DNA of 64,000 bases, from positions 1,732,334 to 1,796,333 of the forward strand of contig OZ220479.1 in assembly GCA_965115885.1 (NCBI GenBank), given 5' to 3'. The notes beneath the pieces were generated by a model. That model had not been told where the DNA came from, made no database searches, and was given only the letters and a program-made list of their open reading frames with translations. Of the stretch, positions 1 through 9,481 are shown piece by piece (positions within the stretch are counted from its first letter, which is position 1; every line of letters starts with the position of its first letter). The DNA is from Longimicrobiales bacterium. Lineage in GTDB: Bacteria; Gemmatimonadota; Gemmatimonadetes; Longimicrobiales; Gaopeijiaceae. Position numbers and translations under genes: made by a program.

Positions 1-138
1 CCGGTAGACGTTGGTCGCGCCCAGGTTGCCGCTCCCCCGGCGCCGCAGATCCATGCCGGCGAGCGCCTTCGCGACCAGGTAGCCGGTGGGGAGCGATCCC
101 GCCAGGTACGCGGCCAGCGCCCAGATCTGCGGAGTCAT
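1..138 (-). CDS. plsY: Glycerol-3-phosphate acyltransferase PlsY, N-terminal fragment (gene runs off the left edge)
   Basis: Minus-strand translation from the ATG at 136-138 gives MTPQIWALAAYLAGSLPTGYLVAKALAGMDLRRRGSGNLGATNVYR. This carries the PlsY SGNxGATN signature. ATGA overlap with the der stop. Confidence 0.8.
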   Translation of the reverse strand, partial: MTPQIWALAAYLAGSLPTGYLVAKALAGMDLRRRGSGNLGATNVYR

Positions 139-1472
139 CGTCTGCGCGCGTCCCCGTCCGCCTTGAAGCGTATCCGCAACGGAGCGCCCGTCATCGGCCA
201 GCGACTGCGGAACCCGTTCTCGAGATAGCGGGCGTAGGCCGACTGAACTTCTCTCGGCAGGTTGCTGAAGAGCACGAACGCCGGGGGAGCGGTTCCCACC
301 TGGGTGCCGTAGCGGATCTTGACCGCACGTCCGCGCGAGTGGGCCGGCGGATGCCGCGCCACCAGCCGCGCCAGCTCCCGGTTCAGCTCCGGGGTCGGGA
401 TCCGGCGTTCCCGCTCCTCCTGAATCCGGAGCACGAGGTCCAGGGTCCTGCGCACCCGCTGGCCGGTGAGCGCCGAGGCGAAGACGAAAGGCACCCAGCG
501 CAGGAACGGGGTTCGCTCGCGCACGCTCTTCTCGATGCCGGGCGCGGTGGAGCCGTCCCGGTCGACCAAGTCCCATTTGTTGACGACCGCGACGACCCCG
601 CAACCCGCGTCCCACGCCGCTCGAGCGATCTTGACGTCCTGCACGCGGATCCCCGCGGAGGCGTCCGTCAGCACGAGGCACACGTCCGCCTCCCGGATCG
701 CCCGGGTCGCGCGCAACCGCGCGTAGTACTCGATGGAGTCGTGGATGCGGGACTGGCGGCGCAGCCCGGCGGTGTCCACGAAGACCAGGTTTCGTCCGTG
801 ATAGCGCATCGCGGAGTCCACCGAGTCGCGCGTGGTGCCCGCCGTCTCGCCGACCACCATGCGCTCCTCGCCGAAGAGCCGGTTGACGAAGCTGGATTTC
901 CCCACGTTGGGCTTGCCGATCACCGCCACCCGAATCGCGTTCGGATCCGCGGGGTCGGATTCCGGTTCCGGGAACGCGTCCACCACCGCGTCCAACAGAT
1001 CCCCGCTTCCCTTCCCCGAGATCGCGCTCACCGGCACGGGCTCGCCCACGCCGAGCGCCCAGAACTCGTGGTGGCCGGTCCCGCGCGGAAGGTCGTCCGC
1101 CTTGTTCGCGACCAGCAGAACCGGACGCCCGGCGCGCCGGAGCAACGCGGCCAGCCGCTCGTCCAGCGGGTGGACGCCCTCCTTGGCGTCCACCACGAGG
1201 AGGATCAGGTCGGCCTCCGCCGCCGCGGCCAGGGCCTGGGCGCGCACCGCTCGGTCGAGCGGACGGTCGCTTCCCTCGACCACGCCTCCGGTGTCGACCA
1301 GGAAGAACTCCCGTCCCGCCCAGTCGGCGCGAGCGAAGTGCCGGTCCCGGGTCACCCCCGGGGTGTCGTCCACGATCGCCTTGCGTCGTCCCAGAACGCG
1401 GTTGAAGAGGGTGGACTTGCCGACGTTGGGGCGGCCGACCACCGCGACCGCCGGGAGGCGGGAGCGGATCAC
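135..1472 (-). CDS. der: Ribosome-associated GTPase Der/EngA
   Basis: Two tandem GTPase domains (GRPNVGKST..DTGG..NKAD and GKPNVGKSS..DTAG..NKWD) plus a KH-like C-terminus. The GTG start at 1470-1472 overlaps (GTGA) the stop of the upstream gene. The rest of the 786-aa track ORF is an artefactual 5' extension. Confidence 0.93.
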   Translation of the reverse strand: MIRSRLPAVAVVGRPNVGKSTLFNRVLGRRKAIVDDTPGVTRDRHFARADWAGREFFLVDTGGVVEGSDRPLDRAVRAQALAAAAEADLILLVVDAKEGVHPLDERLAALLRRAGRPVLLVANKADDLPRGTGHHEFWALGVGEPVPVSAISGKGSGDLLDAVVDAFPEPESDPADPNAIRVAVIGKPNVGKSSFVNRLFGEERMVVGETAGTTRDSVDSAMRYHGRNLVFVDTAGLRRQSRIHDSIEYYARLRATRAIREADVCLVLTDASAGIRVQDVKIARAAWDAGCGVVAVVNKWDLVDRDGSTAPGIEKSVRERTPFLRWVPFVFASALTGQRVRRTLDLVLRIQEERERRIPTPELNRELARLVARHPPAHSRGRAVKIRYGTQVGTAPPAFVLFSNLPREVQSAYARYLENGFRSRWPMTGAPLRIRFKADGDARRR

Positions 1473-2740
1473 GGCTCCGAGAGCATGCGGGAGATCTCGT
1501 GGCCGACGACGACCCGAGCGGGAGCCAGCTCGCGTCGGAGCCGGGTCAGGGGGTAGTCGTCGACGAAGACGCCGTCGGCGTTCAGGGCTCCGGCGGGAAG
1601 CAGGACGACGTCCTCCCGCCTCCCCTCTCCCAGCGCGGCGCGCACGTCGCGGCCCGCGAGCAACCCCGCCACCGTGACGCCCGACCCGAAGTAGCGGTTG
1701 GTCACCGCCAGCACTTCGACCTCCGCTCGGGTGGCGGCTTCGAGCCGTTCCGCGCGAGCCTCGATCCAGGGCGCCATCGACCGACCCGTCGCCACCCGGA
1801 CGCGGCGTCCGGGGAGAACCGGCAACGCGTCCACCCCGGCGTCCAAGTCGTCCAGGAAGCGGCGCACCGCGCCCACTCCGTTCTCGGCGAGCGACGGATC
1901 GTCGTAGTAGGACGCGTCCGGCACCTCCATCCCGGCGATCAGGAACATCTCGTCGGCGGCGTAGGCCCAGCGCGTCTCCCGCTCCCCGGCGGCGCGGGCG
2001 CGCGCCCGCGCCACCTGCCCGACCGCAGCGGCGGCTTCGGACGGGGCCAGACGGCGAACCGGCCGGTTCTCGTTGTACTTGGTGAGCCCCACCGGAACCA
2101 CCGAGAGGGAACGCACGCCCGGGCCCAGCGACCACAAGTCGTCGACGGTCCGGTCGAGGTGCGCGCCGTCGTTCCACTCCGGACAGAGCACGACCTGGGC
2201 GTGCACTTCCAGGCCCTCCGCCAACAGGAAGGACAGCTGTTCCATGACGAGCCCCGCGCGCCGGTTGGCGAGCATGCGTTCGCGCACCTCCGGCTCGGTG
2301 GCGTGCACGCTCACGTAGAGCGGGGAGATGCGCTGGTCGACCAGCCTCTGGAGCCCTCTCGGGCCCAGGTTGGTCAGGGTGACGTAGCTCCCGTAGGCGA
2401 AGGAGAGCCGAAAATCGTCGTCCCGCAGCCACAAGCTGTCCCGCGCGTCCTTCGGGTTGCCGTCGATGAAGCAGAAGACGCACTTGTTGGCGCATTCGCG
2501 GATCTTGTCGGGCGCGGGAACCAGCCCGAGCGGCGTTTCGGGATCCCGCTCGATCTCGTACACGACGCGCTCGCCCGCCGGAGAGATCGTCTCGACGGCC
2601 AGTTCCGGATCCGCGAGCAGAAAGGCGAGGTCGATGCCGTCGCGCACGCGCTGGCCGTTGACGCGCACGATGCGGGTGCCGATCTCGAGCCGGAGTTCCT
2701 GGGCGACGCTCCCGCTCTCGATGCCGGCGATCCGAACCAT
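1469..2740 (-). CDS. DUF512-family protein (PDZ-like N-terminus, Cys-rich Fe-S-like motif)
   Basis: 423-aa ORF with ECANKCVFCFIDG and a DUF512-type C-terminal region. The DUF512-der-plsY gene order is a commonly conserved arrangement. Confidence 0.75.
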   Translation of the reverse strand: MVRIAGIESGSVAQELRLEIGTRIVRVNGQRVRDGIDLAFLLADPELAVETISPAGERVVYEIERDPETPLGLVPAPDKIRECANKCVFCFIDGNPKDARDSLWLRDDDFRLSFAYGSYVTLTNLGPRGLQRLVDQRISPLYVSVHATEPEVRERMLANRRAGLVMEQLSFLLAEGLEVHAQVVLCPEWNDGAHLDRTVDDLWSLGPGVRSLSVVPVGLTKYNENRPVRRLAPSEAAAAVGQVARARARAAGERETRWAYAADEMFLIAGMEVPDASYYDDPSLAENGVGAVRRFLDDLDAGVDALPVLPGRRVRVATGRSMAPWIEARAERLEAATRAEVEVLAVTNRYFGSGVTVAGLLAGRDVRAALGEGRREDVVLLPAGALNADGVFVDDYPLTRLRRELAPARVVVGHEISRMLSEP

Positions 2741-2770
2741 GGCGAAGCTTCCCGGCGCCCCGGCCGCCGC

Positions 2771-3187
2771 TCAGCGGCTACGGTTCGGGGAGGTTTCCGC
2801 CGCAGGGGCTTTCGCCGCCGGTCCTTTCAGCTGCACGACGATCACCTCCACCGGCTCGGGTCCCTCGTTGACGTCGCCGTACAGCTCGCCCGGCGGGTCG
2901 GCTTCCAGCCAGTAGGCGCGGCCCGTCTCCCAGGTCATGTCGCGCCGCTCGCCGGCGTCGTCGATCACCGTCAGGGTTCCGCCCTTGAGCGCGACGATGG
3001 CGCGCGGGTTGTCGTGACGGTGCATCTCCAACGGCTGGCCGGGCGCGATCACGCTCTTCCAGACCTCCACGTGCTCGTTCTCGAACTGGGGCGTGCGTCC
3101 GGTGGTCCGTCCGGGTTCTCCGGCGCCGGAAGCGCAGGCGGAAACCAGCAACGCGAGGATCGAGGTCGCGGAGCGTCCGGTTTTCAT
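2771..3187 (-). CDS. Cupin-domain lipoprotein
   Basis: The ATG at 3185-3187 gives MKTGRSATSILALLVSAC (signal peptide plus lipobox). The cupin-like core is PLEMHRHDNPRAIVALKGGTL. The longer track ORF start is upstream non-coding sequence. Confidence 0.7.
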   Translation of the reverse strand: MKTGRSATSILALLVSACASGAGEPGRTTGRTPQFENEHVEVWKSVIAPGQPLEMHRHDNPRAIVALKGGTLTVIDDAGERRDMTWETGRAYWLEADPPGELYGDVNEGPEPVEVIVVQLKGPAAKAPAAETSPNRSR

Positions 3188-3464
3188 GAGCTTCTCTCCA
3201 TGGTTTTTTGGGGGGGATCGTCGATTCCCTTGTTCCCGCGCCCGCGCCCGCCGTGGCGCGCCCGCGGTTCGGAGACGCTCGAGTTCGAGAACCCGATCCG
3301 GCGCGGCGAAAGGGTGCGGGGACCGAAAGGCGAAGTCCCGCAACCGATTCCATGCAGGGAGGGTCGGCGACGGTGCGCGGGCCGGCAAACGGAGCCCGCG
3401 GGGGGCGCCGCACCTCCCGATCGGGACGCCCCGGGGCGGGGAATTCCGCCGCCCCGGGCGAAGA

Positions 3465-3537
3465 AGCGGGCGACCGGGCTCGAACCGGCGACCCTCAGCT
3501 TGGGAAGCTGATGCTCTACCAACTGAGCTACGCCCGC
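3465..3537 (-). tRNA. tRNA-Gly (anticodon CCC)
   Basis: The reverse complement is GCGGGCGTAGCTCAGTTGGTAGAGCATCAGCTTCCCAAGCTGAGGGTCGCCGGTTCGAGCCCGGTCGCCCGC. It folds by hand into a 7/4/5/5 cloverleaf with a TTCGAGC T-loop and anticodon loop TTCCCAA. Confidence 0.93.
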
Positions 3538-3608
3538 AAAGCGGACCTGCCCCGGCGAGACGGTCCGGAGGGCGCCGGTCGCACCGCCCGGCCCGCGCGC
3601 GGCGGGTC

Positions 3609-5024
3609 CTAGGATATCACCTCGTACCGGTAGGCGGCCACGTCCTGGTCGGAGTCGAATTCGACGCGGAAGACCTCCCTCATCTCGGCCGCGGGCACGG
3701 ACACCGAGACGTCCTGGGTCCCGATCTCGACTCCGTCCGCACCGTAGAAGAAAACGCGGATGTCGATCGAGCCTCCCTCGTCCAACGAGTTGTTGACGAG
3801 CTCGCCGGTCACCGATCCTCCCCCGCCTCCGTAGGGCTGCAGGACGGTCGCTTCGATCTCGAACTCGAGGGTCGACATCTCCTCTTCCAAGAGCCGCGCC
3901 GCCTCAGCCGTGTCGCCTTGGGCCATCAGCCCTTGGGCGAGAAGGCGGTAGACGTTGTTGTTGTAGGGATCCATCTCCATGAGCGAGGCCGCCGCCGGAT
4001 AGAGCTCGTCCAGCTCGCCGGCGAGGTAGAGCGCCTGGGCGTAGTTGTAGAGCGCGTCCCGGCTCTCGGGGATGAGCTCGTAGGAGCGACCGAAGGCCTG
4101 GGCCGCCATCGAGTAGCGCTCGGCGTTGTAGAGGCCGATGCCGGTCACGTAGTAGTCGCGCGACGTGAGGTCGGTGCGGGCCAGCAACCCTCTGTATATC
4201 TCGGCGGCTTCCTCGTTGCGGTCCATGTTCATGAGGACCACGGCGAGATTGCTGAGCGCGGTTACGTTGTCCGGGCTTCGCTGCAGATAGTCGCGGTAGG
4301 CCGCTTCGGCATCCTCGTTGCGGCCCATGGTCGCCAGAATCTGAGCTAGGTTGAAGGCCGCGATTTCCTCGTTCTCGGCCCACATCCGCTGGACGTCCTC
4401 CGGTTGCGCGTCGCGGTCCGGGCCCCGCAGAAGCTCGAGCGAGGTTCGGTACCAGTCGGTGGCCGCCTCGTCGTTGCCGAGCTGCGCGTGGATCGAGCCC
4501 AGATTGAGCATGGCTTCGGGACGCTTCCGGTAGATGGCGTGGGCCGACTCGAGCAGGGGAATCGCCTCTTCCATGCCCCCCGCCTGAATCCGGTTCACCG
4601 CCTGATTGTACAAGCTCACCCACTGTTGCTCGCGTAGCGGATCCAAGTCGAACGAGTACAGCGGATAGAGGTCCTCGGCCTTGACCCACATCGAGTCGGC
4701 CCCCTCGAGGTCGTTCAAGCCCACGTAGGCCTCTCCGGCCTGGCGGTACGACTGGGGGTTGTTGGGCTGGTTGACGATCCCTTCCAGCGCCGCCTCCAGC
4801 GCATCCCGGTACCGCGCCTCGCGCGCTTCGGGATCGGCGTTCTGCATCGCCTGCGACAAAGCCAACGCGGCGGTGCGCGTGAACATGTTGTCGCGCGGCG
4901 GCACGCCCTGCTCCGCGCCCGGCGTCGGGACGGCGTCGGCCGCACCGCCGCCGGAGCCGGCGGCGCACCCTCCCGCTGCGACCACCGTACCCGCCACCAG
5001 CGCGACTCCAAGCTGGAACTTCAT
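3609..5024 (-). CDS. TPR-repeat lipoprotein
   Basis: The ATG at 5022-5024 is preceded by GAGGAGG. The N-terminus MKFQLGVALVAGTVVAAGGC has a signal peptide and lipobox. Multiple TPR-like A/Y/L repeats follow (e.g. AYRDYLQRSPDNVTALSNLAVV). Confidence 0.8.
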   Translation of the reverse strand: MKFQLGVALVAGTVVAAGGCAAGSGGGAADAVPTPGAEQGVPPRDNMFTRTAALALSQAMQNADPEAREARYRDALEAALEGIVNQPNNPQSYRQAGEAYVGLNDLEGADSMWVKAEDLYPLYSFDLDPLREQQWVSLYNQAVNRIQAGGMEEAIPLLESAHAIYRKRPEAMLNLGSIHAQLGNDEAATDWYRTSLELLRGPDRDAQPEDVQRMWAENEEIAAFNLAQILATMGRNEDAEAAYRDYLQRSPDNVTALSNLAVVLMNMDRNEEAAEIYRGLLARTDLTSRDYYVTGIGLYNAERYSMAAQAFGRSYELIPESRDALYNYAQALYLAGELDELYPAAASLMEMDPYNNNVYRLLAQGLMAQGDTAEAARLLEEEMSTLEFEIEATVLQPYGGGGGSVTGELVNNSLDEGGSIDIRVFFYGADGVEIGTQDVSVSVPAAEMREVFRVEFDSDQDVAAYRYEVIS

Positions 5025-5375
5025 CCGGCATTCCTCCTCGTCGGTTGATGCGGCGCGGCCGCACGCCGCGCGCCTCCATGGCATGGAGGCGCGATCGAAA
5101 CCCCAATGCCCCTCGACGAAGGTAACGGTATCGCACGATAGCCGTTCCGTCAAACCCGAATCCCGGCTCGGAGCGCGACCGCCCGAATCGGCCCGAAACC
5201 TTCGTCGCGCTGTTCCGCGAGCTCGTCCGGTCGCCCGCGGCCTTCGCCTCGCGCAAGCTTTGAGACCAAAACGTCGAACGTGAACTTTCAGTTGTAGTTA
5301 AGACTTTCGATAATACGTCCTTCGGCAACTTCGTGGCTCCCGTCCGCGTCGACGGGAACCGGACGCCGATCCCGC

Positions 5376-5412
5376 GCAAAAGAACCCGGCGCCGTCCCCT
5401 GGGGAGCCGCCG
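5376..5412 (-). terminator. Possible intrinsic terminator downstream of ispE
   Basis: Minus-strand imperfect GC hairpin CGGCGGCTCCCCAGGGGACGGCGCCG, followed by GGGTTCTTTTG, immediately after the ispE stop. Confidence 0.35.
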
Positions 5413-6333
5413 TCATCGAGCCGGATTCGGGGCGTCCGCCGCCCGGACGGAGGGAACGTTCTCGAGGGTGCTCGTCGGGTGGACGCGCCCCGCCCCGCGC
5501 CCCCTCCGGATGCGGTGCAGGGCGCGCGCCGCCGATCCCTCGTCCGGGTACACGGCGAACACCGTGCCGCCGCTGCCCGACATGAGCGCCAGCAGGGGCG
5601 ACGTCCGCCGGAGCGCGGCGGCCGTCTCGCGCAGGTCGGGCCGAACGGCGAACACGGGGAGTTCGAAGTCGTTGTGGGCCGATTCCGCCACCGCCGTCCA
5701 GTCGCGGCAGCGATCCGGAGCGAGGGGCGGCGGCCCGGCGCGCGCGCCCCGTCCTTCCGCTTCCTCGCTCCGAGCGAGCAGGCCGTACGCCCACGCCGTC
5801 TCCACTCCCTGCGGCGACTCCACCAACAGCACCGGCCGCGGGGGAAGCGGGTTCAGGGGCGCGAGACGGTCGCCTCGGCCGCTGCCCAGCGCGAACGGCG
5901 ACCGCGACAGGAAAAAGGGGACGTCCGCACCCAGTCCGCGCGCCATCCGGACGAGCGCGGCGGCGCCCATGGGCGGGGCGAACAGCGCGTCGAGACAGCG
6001 CAGCGTCGCAGCGGCGTCCGAGGAACCGCCTCCCAATCCGCCCCCGACCGGAATGCGCTTTTCCAGCCGGACGGCCACTCCGCCCCGCTCGCCGCGCGCG
6101 TCCAGGTAGGTCCGCGCCGCCCGATGCACCAAGTTGTCGCGCGGATCGCCCAGGTCGGCGCCGACGACCTCCACGGCGATCCCTGCCGCGGCGCGCTCGA
6201 TCCGCAGGCGGTCGCGCAACCCGACTGCCGCGAAGAGAGTGTCGACGTCGTGGTAACCGTCGGCTCGACGCGCGCCCACGCGCAACGCGAGATTGACCTT
6301 GGCCGGAGCGTCGACCGCGACCGCGCGGCTCAC
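5413..6333 (-). CDS. ispE: 4-diphosphocytidyl-2-C-methyl-D-erythritol kinase
   Basis: APAKVNLALRV N-terminus and the GHMP-kinase motif IPVGGGLGGGSSDAAA. The GTG start at 6331-6333 overlaps (GTGA) the upstream stop. Confidence 0.9.
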   Translation of the reverse strand: MSRAVAVDAPAKVNLALRVGARRADGYHDVDTLFAAVGLRDRLRIERAAAGIAVEVVGADLGDPRDNLVHRAARTYLDARGERGGVAVRLEKRIPVGGGLGGGSSDAAATLRCLDALFAPPMGAAALVRMARGLGADVPFFLSRSPFALGSGRGDRLAPLNPLPPRPVLLVESPQGVETAWAYGLLARSEEAEGRGARAGPPPLAPDRCRDWTAVAESAHNDFELPVFAVRPDLRETAAALRRTSPLLALMSGSGGTVFAVYPDEGSAARALHRIRRGRGAGRVHPTSTLENVPSVRAADAPNPAR

Positions 6334-7361
6334 GGTCGGGCGGCTTCCGCTTCCCTGCGCTCGCCGCTTCGAGCCATCTCGCCGAAAGAGAACCCCATGC
6401 GCCAGAAGTACCAGAGCCCGATCGCGGTCACCGGGACGAAAGTCGCGACGTGATATCCCGCGGCGAACGCCAGCGAGGGGTTCTCGGCGATCCCGAGGAC
6501 GTTGACCAGCGCCACTCGCACCGCGGCCTCGAACGGACCGAAGAACCCCGGCGCGGAGGGAAGCGCGACGGCCAACGCGACGACCCCGTTCAAAAAGAGC
6601 GCGTCCGCGTATCCGGCGTCGATGCCGAACGCGCGGAAGCCCAGCCAGAAGGAAGTCGAATTCCAGAGCCACAAGACCAAGCTCCACCCCGCCGCGCGCA
6701 TCATCAGCGCGGGGCTCTTGAGCGCGCTCAGCCCTTGGACGAGACCTTCCGCGACGGAGAGCGTCGCGCGCGCCGCCGCGCTCGGCAGGCGCGCGGCCGC
6801 CGCCCGCGCGGCCGCGTGCGCCCAATCCGGCCGCCGGAGCGCCAGCGCCAGCGTCAGCACGACGACCGCGAGCACGACGAGGAACCCGGCCACCGCGCTT
6901 CCGACCAGCTCGCCCGCCAGCTCCGTGTCCGCCCGGAATCCCGGCAACGACGACGAGACCGCGAGCAGCGCCACGACCGTGACGCCGTCGAAGAGACGTT
7001 CGACGACCAGCGAGGCCAGGCACGCGGAGGTTCGCATCCCTTCCATGCGCGCGAGCGACCAAGCCCGGGCGAACTCGCCGATCCGCGCGGGCAGCAGGTT
7101 CGTGGCCATGAAGCCGATGGCGGTGGCGGCGAAGCGGGCGCGGAGGCCGATCCGGAGACGAAGCGGGACGAGCAACGCCTTCCACCGTACGGCCCGCACC
7201 AGAAAGCCGGAGGTGGCGACGAACACCGAAGCCAGCAGCCATCCCGCATCGGCGGCCGCCACCTCGGCGGCTATGGCGCCCAAATCCTCGCCGCGGAACA
7301 CCCACCACAACAGCAACGCGCTGACGGAGAGCCCGGCGACCGCCTTCCAGGCCGAGGTCAC
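6330..7361 (-). CDS. UPF0104/lysyl-phosphatidylglycerol-synthase-TM-region (flippase-like) membrane protein
   Basis: 343 aa, multi-pass hydrophobic, with an NLLPARIGEFARA motif typical of the TIGR00374-type family. Confidence 0.7.
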   Translation of the reverse strand: MTSAWKAVAGLSVSALLLWWVFRGEDLGAIAAEVAAADAGWLLASVFVATSGFLVRAVRWKALLVPLRLRIGLRARFAATAIGFMATNLLPARIGEFARAWSLARMEGMRTSACLASLVVERLFDGVTVVALLAVSSSLPGFRADTELAGELVGSAVAGFLVVLAVVVLTLALALRRPDWAHAAARAAAARLPSAAARATLSVAEGLVQGLSALKSPALMMRAAGWSLVLWLWNSTSFWLGFRAFGIDAGYADALFLNGVVALAVALPSAPGFFGPFEAAVRVALVNVLGIAENPSLAFAAGYHVATFVPVTAIGLWYFWRMGFSFGEMARSGERREAEAARP

Positions 7362-7371
7362 CGGAGAAGCG

Positions 7372-8136
7372 TCAGTAGCCGATGGGGGGCAGCCATCCTT
7401 CGTCGCTCACGGTCCCGGGGGCGCGCCGAACGATCTCCCCCATCTCCCTCACCGCCCGTTCGAGCCCCACCAGCACCGCGCGCGCGACGACGCTGTGGCC
7501 GATGTTGAGTTCCTCGATCTCGGGCACGGCGGCCACCGGGACGACGTTCTCGTAGGTCAGCCCATGGCCGGCGTGCACCGCCAATCCCGCGGCCCGAGCG
7601 TCTCGCGCCGCCGCCGCGAGGCGGTCGAGCTGCGCCGCGCGCCCGTCCGGCCCCGCGAGCGCGTATTCGCCGGTGTGAAGCTCCACGGCGTGGGCGCCCA
7701 GCCCGGCGCTGGCCTCGACGGACCTCTCGTCCGGGTCGATGAAGAGCGAGGTCCGGATCCCGGCGTCGGCGAGGCGGACGAGCGCGTCCCGCATGGCGGC
7801 GCGCACTTCGGCCGAACCGAGCGCCAGCCCCCCCTCGGTGGTGACTTCCTCGCGGCGCTCGGGCACGAGCGTGGCCTGCATCGGCCCGAGTTCGCACGCC
7901 AGCTCCAGGATGTCGGGGGCGGCGGCCAGCTCGAGGTTGATCCCCGTGCGCGCCGTCTCCATGAGCAACCGCACGTCGCGGTCGTCGATGTGGCGGCGAT
8001 CCTCGCGCAGGTGCACGGTGATCCCGTCGGCGGCGCCCAGTTCGACCAGCACCGCCGCGCGCACGGGGTCGGGTTCGTCCGTCCGGCGCGCCTGCCGGAC
8101 GGTGGCGACGTGGTCGATGTTGACGTAGAAGCGCAT
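7372..8136 (-). CDS. pdxJ: Pyridoxine 5'-phosphate synthase
   Basis: Motifs [42 protein letters not shown] and [14 protein letters not shown] at 8134-8136 is preferred over the TTG at 8148. Confidence 0.9.
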   Translation of the reverse strand: MRFYVNIDHVATVRQARRTDEPDPVRAAVLVELGAADGITVHLREDRRHIDDRDVRLLMETARTGINLELAAAPDILELACELGPMQATLVPERREEVTTEGGLALGSAEVRAAMRDALVRLADAGIRTSLFIDPDERSVEASAGLGAHAVELHTGEYALAGPDGRAAQLDRLAAAARDARAAGLAVHAGHGLTYENVVPVAAVPEIEELNIGHSVVARAVLVGLERAVREMGEIVRRAPGTVSDEGWLPPIGY

Positions 8137-8144
8137 GGCGTGTC

Positions 8145-9437
8145 TCAACCGGATGGGGGAACGGCGCCGGCGGGCGACTCCGGGGCGTCGATCTCCACGA
8201 TCTCGACGTCTCCGCGGGCATGGAGTCGGCCGAGCGCCGGAGCGGGAAGCCGGGCGGTGACCGCCATCGCGGAGCCGTCGTGCGTCGTCTTCACAACCTC
8301 ACCCTCCCGATAGAGCTCTGCAAGCGTCCTCCCGTCCGTCGCGTCGAGCACCACCCGCACGCTGCGCAACGCGGTCCGGATGCGGCCCAGAAGCACGTCC
8401 GTCAGCCGTCCGAGCGTCTCCCGCCGCACCGCCGACACGAAGACGGAGGGCGTGTCCTCGCAGCCGCGCACGCGCTCCCGGAGCACTTCCTCTTCGGCGT
8501 GGGTGACGAGGTCGGTCTTGTTGAACACGAGCACGCGGGGAGCGTCCTGGAGTTCCAGCTCCTCGAGCACCTCGTGCACGACCGCGAGCCGGTTCTCCCA
8601 GTCGGGCGACGAAGCGTCCACGACGTGCAGGATGAGATCGGCCTCCCGGGCCTCTTCCAGCGTCGAGCGGAAGGAGGCGACGAGATCGTGCGGGAGTTTG
8701 CGGATGAAGCCCACCGTGTCGGTGAGCAACGCCCGGTGCCCCTCGCCCACGGACACGGTCCGCGTGGCCGGATCGAGGGTGGCGAAGAGTCGGTCCTCCA
8801 CCGCGAGGTCGGCGCCGGAAAGCGCCTTGAGCAGCGACGACTTGCCTGCGTTCGTGTATCCGACCAGCGCCGCTCGGAAGGAGTTCGCGCGCGCCTTGCG
8901 TTGGGTGGCGCGCGATCGCTTGACTCCCTCCAGCTTTCGTTTCAACTCCGTGATCCGGGCGCCGATCAGGCGCCGGTCGGTTTCGAGCTGGGTTTCGCCA
9001 GGCCCCCTCAGACCGATCCCTCCGCGGATGCGCGACAGGTGGCTCCACATGCGCTTCAGGCGCGGCAACAGGTATTCGAGCTGCGCCAATTCCACCTGCA
9101 TGCGGGCCTCGCGGGTGCGCGCGCGGGTGGCGAAGATGTCCAGGATGAGCTCGGCGCGGTCCATCACCCGGATCTCGAGCGCGTCCTCCAGGTGGCGTGC
9201 CTGGTCCGGCTTCAGCTCGTCGTCGAAGACGACCAGGTCGGCTTGTGCGGAGCGCGCCGTCGCACGCAATTCGCGGACCTTGCCCTCGCCGATGTAGAAG
9301 CGCGCGTGAGGGCTGCGGATGCGCTGCCGCACCGTCCCCACCACCTCCGCGCCGGCGGTGTCCGCCAGTCGGGTCAGCTCTTCGAGGTTCTCGCGCGCCG
9401 CGGCCCGGCGCATGCGCGCGCGGGGCGCGGCGACCAA
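8145..9437 (-). CDS. hflX: GTPase HflX (start uncertain)
   Basis: HflX N-domain ([52 protein letters not shown]) and G-domain ([20 protein letters not shown]). The only start-like codons near the conserved RAILV strand are ATT/TTG (9435-9442). The first ATG (9413) would remove that strand. Confidence 0.85.
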   Translation of the reverse strand: MVAAPRARMRRAAARENLEELTRLADTAGAEVVGTVRQRIRSPHARFYIGEGKVRELRATARSAQADLVVFDDELKPDQARHLEDALEIRVMDRAELILDIFATRARTREARMQVELAQLEYLLPRLKRMWSHLSRIRGGIGLRGPGETQLETDRRLIGARITELKRKLEGVKRSRATQRKARANSFRAALVGYTNAGKSSLLKALSGADLAVEDRLFATLDPATRTVSVGEGHRALLTDTVGFIRKLPHDLVASFRSTLEEAREADLILHVVDASSPDWENRLAVVHEVLEELELQDAPRVLVFNKTDLVTHAEEEVLRERVRGCEDTPSVFVSAVRRETLGRLTDVLLGRIRTALRSVRVVLDATDGRTLAELYREGEVVKTTHDGSAMAVTARLPAPALGRLHARGDVEIVEIDAPESPAGAVPPSG

Positions 9438-9481
9438 AATCGCGCGATCGCTGCGGGGACGGTTGTCGACGAGTCGGCCGG

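Noticed and set aside
1473-2495. 5' extension of der (786-aa track ORF). Analogous extensions affect ispE (to 7308), rarA (to 12151), the nucleotidyltransferase gene (to 12534), recA (to 16630) and the S24 repressor (to 61060)
   Set aside because: The extensions overlap the real upstream genes in another frame and are low-complexity. Conserved N-termini and GTGA/ATG+SD starts define shorter genes.
4281-4286. Avoidance of CTGCAG (the PstI/BsuBI site) as evidence that the MTase-REase fusion is active with that specificity
   Set aside because: CTGCAG occurs in housekeeping DNA (e.g. 4281-4286) and several times in the island (e.g. near 34281, 46739 and 48955). There is no obvious avoidance by eye, and a proper count against expectation would need computation.
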